In this document: one piece after another, positions 48,401 to 49,366 of the stretch
Layout of the letters: every line of letters starts with the position of its first letter
How positions within the stretch are numbered: position 1 is the first letter of the stretch
Assembly (NCBI GenBank): GCA_964424455.1
Contig: CAYRJA010000004.1
Location: forward strand, 19,858 to 69,223
Origin: an uncultured Bifidobacteriaceae bacterium
GTDB taxonomy: Bacteria > Bacteroidota > Bacteroidia > Chitinophagales > UBA10324
Reading direction: 5' to 3'
Length of the DNA: 49,366 nucleotides
Notes under the pieces: generated by a model
The model's input: the letters and a program-made list of their open reading frames with translations, nothing else
Told to the model about the DNA's origin: nothing
Databases searched by the model: none
Made by a program: the position numbers and the translations under genes

Positions 48401-49366
48401 ATGCTTTTCCCGCCTCATCCACTACCTATACGCTTACGGGAGTGAGTGCGGAGGGATGCAGCAGCACCACGACCACATCATTAATCATATTTCCGTTGCC
48501 CAATGTAGCTTCCAGTCCGGCTTCTTCTGTTTGTTTGGGAGGAGTTACCGCGACATTATCGGCGGTAACCAATGCGGTAAATTATTCATGGTCGCCTAAT
48601 TTATACTTAGTTTCAACGAACGGAGTGAATGATGTGCCCATTACGGTTTCTATTTCCCAATTAACATTCTATACGCTTACAGGAACGAGTTCAGATGGTT
48701 GTACCGCCAGCGTACAAGTACCGGTAGCAACGGTTTCTACCGGCGGGACTGTATCTCCTTCCCATAATATTGTTTGTAGCGGAGGTCCGGGAAAATTACT
48801 GTCTGTAACCAATGCTGCCGGTAATTCATACCAGTGGCAATCATCTCCGGATGCTACTACATGGACAAACATCAGCGGACAGACGAATACAAATTATACC
48901 GCTCTTCCTTCTTCAAAAACCTACTACCGTTTGTTGGCTCAGTCCAATGCATGTTGGAATGTAGCCAGTACCACTGCGGAGGTAGTGGTAAGTAATCCGT
49001 CATTAACCATAAGCGTTACCGGAAAAACGGATGTAAGTTTAATGTTAGACTGGTCGCCGACAGGAGGAGGCAATTACAATATTGCCTACAGCGGCACTTC
49101 CAGTGGTGCAGCCAACGCTGTAACACCACCATACAATCTGTCAGGTCTTGTTGCAAACGGCACTTACCAAATTACGGTAACGCAAACCGGATTAGGGTTG
49201 GGTGGCTGCCCTGCCAGCGGGACAATAACAGGTGTAACTACATTGTGTGCTATGCCCACAGGAGTAACCGTCAGTTCCCCGGCAAACAAACAGTTAAAAG
49301 TGGACTGGAATGGCGATGCAGGCAATTACCGTGTTTATTACCGTGAAGTGACTATACAGGGTTCTT
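42454..49366 (+). CDS. Giant secreted adhesin-like protein (>2304 aa, 3'-truncated; not in ORF track)
   Basis: I translated every line in frame 1 and found no stop. Signal peptide to ASA-Q, three GEVED-like domains, three fn3-like repeats (L..TTYYF/YAVY.YN), a BNR_assoc_N-like domain (GTNYFWVAYDV), an Ig_7-like module (LLWYTAPSGG..YYVSQT..CEGPR), PKD/SprB-like repeats (YTWSP..TYTVT.TDANGC), a NIDO-like domain (LGFNFDFNG..ISTNGFLWFG) and fn3 at the edge. Alternative in-frame ATG at 42403. Confidence 0.92.
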   Translation, partial: MNYFSTTAARFSRFFTVLIALFCLFSSNASAQSAAPYCNFQVLSFLGIYGYDNASGNNFYITNISMSGAGVVSQDFAGATGSGAAMPSVGYNQRTFLAKGATVTQGQNIAFSVTTPAGSYNRYIRIYVDWNKDNDFVDPGELLFTSASGQGTYNSTSYTVPFTTPGAYRMRITSVYDGSGSNVCGSGGSGGHQGGAWDYTLTVNAAAACSGTPASYAVSPASASICPSATTAITVTTDASGFTFQWQQSNASGGPYVNASGGSGATTATYTTPTGSSLPYATTYYRCNVTCSNSGVTTASQESTISQNSFLNCYCMPSFAAANSGTRGITQVQLNGTPVINQTSTCNNTSPYYTLYSTPQAGLSVNGNYTLQVKVGTQSNAYHGAGAWIDYNQNGVFESSEYIGGFGQKAANSTTTISFTVPGTALPGVTAMRVVGRYMNNATPVTSGQACASFTGTANAGGAGETEDYRVNIAAGCSAPVTSASSFGSSNLMPTTATISFNRGSGDGGVLVLARAGGAVNASPVSGTTYTGNPAFGSGSLIGIDNRVVYNGNAAGTVNVNLTALTNNTTYYFAVYEYNAAGTCYKLTSPLTGFLTTPICTPPVTQVSNVTAPSPGTVSATMNWTAGSGNKTLIILRAGSAVSGDPAQTTGYTGNLSFGSGSALGSGYVVFGSNGADNAATATITNLLPSTTYYYAVYSYNSGTNCYKIPGVTGSFTTASCSPTVQPSNLSVFCPEHDKMTLNFDRGNGARVIVLAKAGSAVDADPVFNQSYIGNPAFQSGSQIGTGNWVVYDGNTAGTVSVPLTNLANGTTYYFRMYEYNTAPNCYNYTAPPTLSQATQSGGVYTSSTVTQNTATVLPGDIYKDVVGLQVVISGGTDPAAVVNSITFNTTGTTNAADIDFARIYFTGTSSTFSAATQFGSTIANPSGSHTVTGNMALAAGTNYFWVAYDVDAAAANGNVLDAQVTLFNLTDFGGTSNRTPSPTSPAGTRTIQSTQTYCAPDARCNFGGCNTSCCQGEQITSLNFGSGNFIAGYTCHDQDADKGYDNLTAGYSATLAQGSTYTLSEADAQWFSVGYEWCVWIDWDQDGTFEASERYPSGTTNIETYGSSSQSITVPGSATPGTTVMRVWYQEMNYAPNANPCRTTRGPLSTNIGQVIDVTINVTGGGGGGGGNSACTTLAPAVTTPVTYTQGDAAVPLTATGSSLLWYTAPSGGTGSGTAPTPSTGTVGTAFYYVSQTSGCEGPRIQIAVKTNKVPCIANCSGTPPTASVSASPASHCASGSSSLSLTGLGGEPYSYQWEDANNAGGPWTTISGATAATYNTPVLGATKWYRCKVTCDVSSETTASNAGSVTVYPAASVNVTPSAADACSGIPKSMTASGASTYTWSPAAGLNVTTGTTVTATINASATYTVTGTDANGCTASATSVLSVNNASPVFTPSAAFIAIGSSANLSASFGGGANFSWSPSTGLDVNNSPNVVASPTTTTTYTVTVTDANGCTYSSSVKVTVNTGTPGQVSCGYAYSQTTTPTWTPPSGGTALTMSDNAVYPNILLGFNFDFNGLMYNQVGISTNGFLWFGSTNPSATEYFPISTNTALEGAISVFGYNMTPGNGAALTYQTTGSPGSRVFSVLWDNVRGVGGDANSNMSFFINLEEGTNKISVQYNTGNVQVTDEYAAQVGIRGASNTDFNNLSVPCSSAGTFGWDAPTNGGGNTNVSTAVLDLQCASANNTIGYITPRFYNNSLCSLKDLYPSYGYFCSQGVFNWTPTMTTPTTTPAGTNNLCVNTNFPYTGNNSNPSPSYQWLKGGGNITGATQKDYTANESTPGTYYYALKVTSNSCTRYSYVTTGVVNPLPGLPQGLSNQARCDDGNVTFTVTNPGAGFEIQWSSDGTNNDLGTGLSIVRNVTVVTSPISVWARIHNISTGCNGSWLAASGVANPLPVISATASPNQVCYGDVSTLTATGDAVNYTWKPVETVTHPIGTPTYAFPASSTTYTLTGVSAEGCSSTTTTSLIIFPLPNVASSPASSVCLGGVTATLSAVTNAVNYSWSPNLYLVSTNGVNDVPITVSISQLTFYTLTGTSSDGCTASVQVPVATVSTGGTVSPSHNIVCSGGPGKLLSVTNAAGNSYQWQSSPDATTWTNISGQTNTNYTALPSSKTYYRLLAQSNACWNVASTTAEVVVSNPSLTISVTGKTDVSLMLDWSPTGGGNYNIAYSGTSSGAANAVTPPYNLSGLVANGTYQITVTQTGLGLGGCPASGTITGVTTLCAMPTGVTVSSPANKQLKVDWNGDAGNYRVYYREVTIQGS

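Noticed and set aside
43077-48872. Short ORFs listed over the right end
   Set aside because: All are alternative-frame or antisense shadows of the single frame-1 giant ORF.

Overview
Chromosomal window from a Bacteroidota genome (inferred from TAnnTTTG -7 promoter boxes, T9SS C-terminal sorting domains and a fused SecDF). 1-15.2 kb is mostly housekeeping: a partial P-type ATPase, a Lys-rich/acidic protein, SRPBCC, a GT-C-like membrane protein, an M43 protease, a TPR lipoprotein, pyrG, DUF2461, algH/yqgE, secDF, a CoA-binding protein and DUF4139. 15.3-36.5 kb is a split, convergent Wzx/Wzy polysaccharide locus that probably makes a sulfated polymer. Its plus arm is wza(SLBB)-wzz-cpsB-rmlC-rmlD-cysQ and its minus arm carries three sulfotransferases, a DUF4915-like protein, wzx, GT2, wzy, a clan GH-A hydrolase and GT4. 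The cpsB phosphatase gene is one base out of frame at an A10 tract. 36.6-49.4 kb holds two paralogous T9SS cargo genes sharing a 377-bp perfectly identical tract, three clusters of TGTC-type REP/REPIN palindromes, a 20-unit heptamer microsatellite, and a giant (>2300 aa) adhesin-like ORF that runs off the right edge and is missing from the ORF track. No rRNA, tRNA, CRISPR array or transposase was recognised. All family assignments come from motifs read by eye, not from database searches.
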